50,183 nt of DNA, from the IMG/VR virus record IMGVR_UViG_3300025325_000003, one strand, 5' to 3'. The position numbers and the translations under genes are program-made. A model generated the notes under the pieces. It was not told the origin of the DNA. It ran no database searches and saw only the letters and a program-made list of their open reading frames with translations. Positions 49,557 to 50,183 of this stretch are shown piece by piece (within the stretch, counting starts at the first letter, position 1; each line of letters starts with the position of its first letter). Origin of the DNA: a virus.

Positions 49557-50183
49557 AAGACATCATCCGAGCCAGTCAGGCAAACGATGACGCTCTTCAG
49601 GGCAACCTTCGCCAGATAGCGGCTAAGTTCAACCAGCTTGCACGAGATGTCGCCGCTATCTACGAGATTCTTGGCGTACCGCAACCGAACCGCGGACTGG
49701 GCGCGCCGGACGTAGCGCCGACCGCGAAGAACGTCCACGACCAGACCCATGACGTGGTCGACACCGACGACCACGACTTTCCCGACGACCGCGGTAGGTT
49801 CCTCCGTAGCGACGGAAGCTGGCGCCACGTCCCCGTTCCCCTGCTCTTCTCGGAGGGCGAGGAGGGGGCCCCAGGTGCACCAGGTCCTAAGGGGCAGGCT
49901 GGTACCACGGGCGCTACAGGCGCCACAGGTGACCCAGGCGCTCCGGGAGCCGATGGTGCTGATGGTAGGCCGGGGATGCCAGGGTTTCCCGGCGAAGACG
50001 GCGAAAGCGTTGTCGGACCCGTCGGTAGGCGGGGTGCTACGGGCACTACCGGCGCTCAGGGCGACCCCGGAGCACAAGGCGACCCTGGTGCGCAGGGCCC
50101 ACAGGGCGTAGCAGGCATTCCACTTCCTGGTGAAGAGGGAGAGCCTGGTCTCTTCGGAGTACCGGGTCGCCGAGGACCTACTG
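49526..50183 (+). CDS. Tail fibre, N-terminal portion: about 110-aa non-repetitive head then collagen-like G-X-Y repeats (runs off the window end and continues at base 128 of the circle, i.e. feature 1..1143)
   Basis: GTG at 49526 follows AGAGGGA. The frame is open to the last base. Hand translation: MAKRRIRTVLEDIIRASQ...FLRSDGSWRHVPVPLLFSEGEEGAPGAPGPKGQAG... There is no stop, so the ORF is absent from the track. Confidence 0.75.
   Translation, partial: MAKRRIRTVLEDIIRASQANDDALQGNLRQIAAKFNQLARDVAAIYEILGVPQPNRGLGAPDVAPTAKNVHDQTHDVVDTDDHDFPDDRGRFLRSDGSWRHVPVPLLFSEGEEGAPGAPGPKGQAGTTGATGATGDPGAPGADGADGRPGMPGFPGEDGESVVGPVGRRGATGTTGAQGDPGAQGDPGAQGPQGVAGIPLPGEEGEPGLFGVPGRRGPT
50057..50183. repeat. 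Right copy of the exact 127-bp terminal direct repeat
   Basis: Identical to 1..127. Confidence 0.97.

Noticed and set aside
49865-50183. Periodic 9-bp and 18-bp repeats as a possible CRISPR array or satellite
   Set aside because: The periodicity is the G-X-Y codon structure of a collagen-like coding region. There are no unique spacers between conserved repeats.

Overview
The window is a complete, circularly closed dsDNA phage genome. Bases 1..127 are repeated exactly at 50057..50183, so the unique length is 50,056 bp, and one gene (a collagen-like, poly-glycine tail fibre) is split by the window boundary. All product calls come from motif reading and memory of protein families; no searches were run.

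Layout:
- A rightward late block runs from about 31.4 kb, across the junction, to 11.9 kb. It holds a terS-like gene, several micro-ORFs, TerL, portal, a tRNA-Gly, scaffold, major capsid, decoration-like paralogs, tail, tailspike and fibre genes, three internal or ejection-type proteins including an 1809-aa giant, an amidase endolysin and holin-like ORFs.
- A leftward block (12.0-17.0 kb) holds a UDG-like protein, an RTX-like protein, a dNMP kinase, a deoxyribosyltransferase-like protein and a DnaB-like helicase.
- A rightward replication block (17.3-24.0 kb) holds a resolvase-like protein, a primase-polymerase, a Cas4-like nuclease, an HExxH protein, a family A DNA polymerase and a VRR-NUC-like nuclease.
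- A leftward early block (24.0-30.8 kb) holds four tRNA or tRNA-like genes, a sigma region-4-like protein, a CX5R phosphatase and a pair of unknown paralogs.

I saw no integrase, repressor, tail tube, sheath or tape-measure cassette. The phage is therefore probably virulent and short-tailed, but that is inference.

The strongest finding is a 63-aa ORF at 32033..32224 that looks like a phage-encoded prokaryotic ubiquitin-like protein (Pup) ending in GGE. No PafA, Dop or Mpa partner is present in the genome. This, together with the poly-glycine fibre and frequent GTG starts, points to an actinobacterial-type host.

Other notable signals:
- Ten CCTAGG sites lie within about 0.7 kb at the early/late divergent region.
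- Promoter-like 19-mers and structured elements are repeated between small early genes.
- Three of the tRNA-like genes are non-canonical.
- A family of four small virion-module paralogs shares a C-terminal motif.
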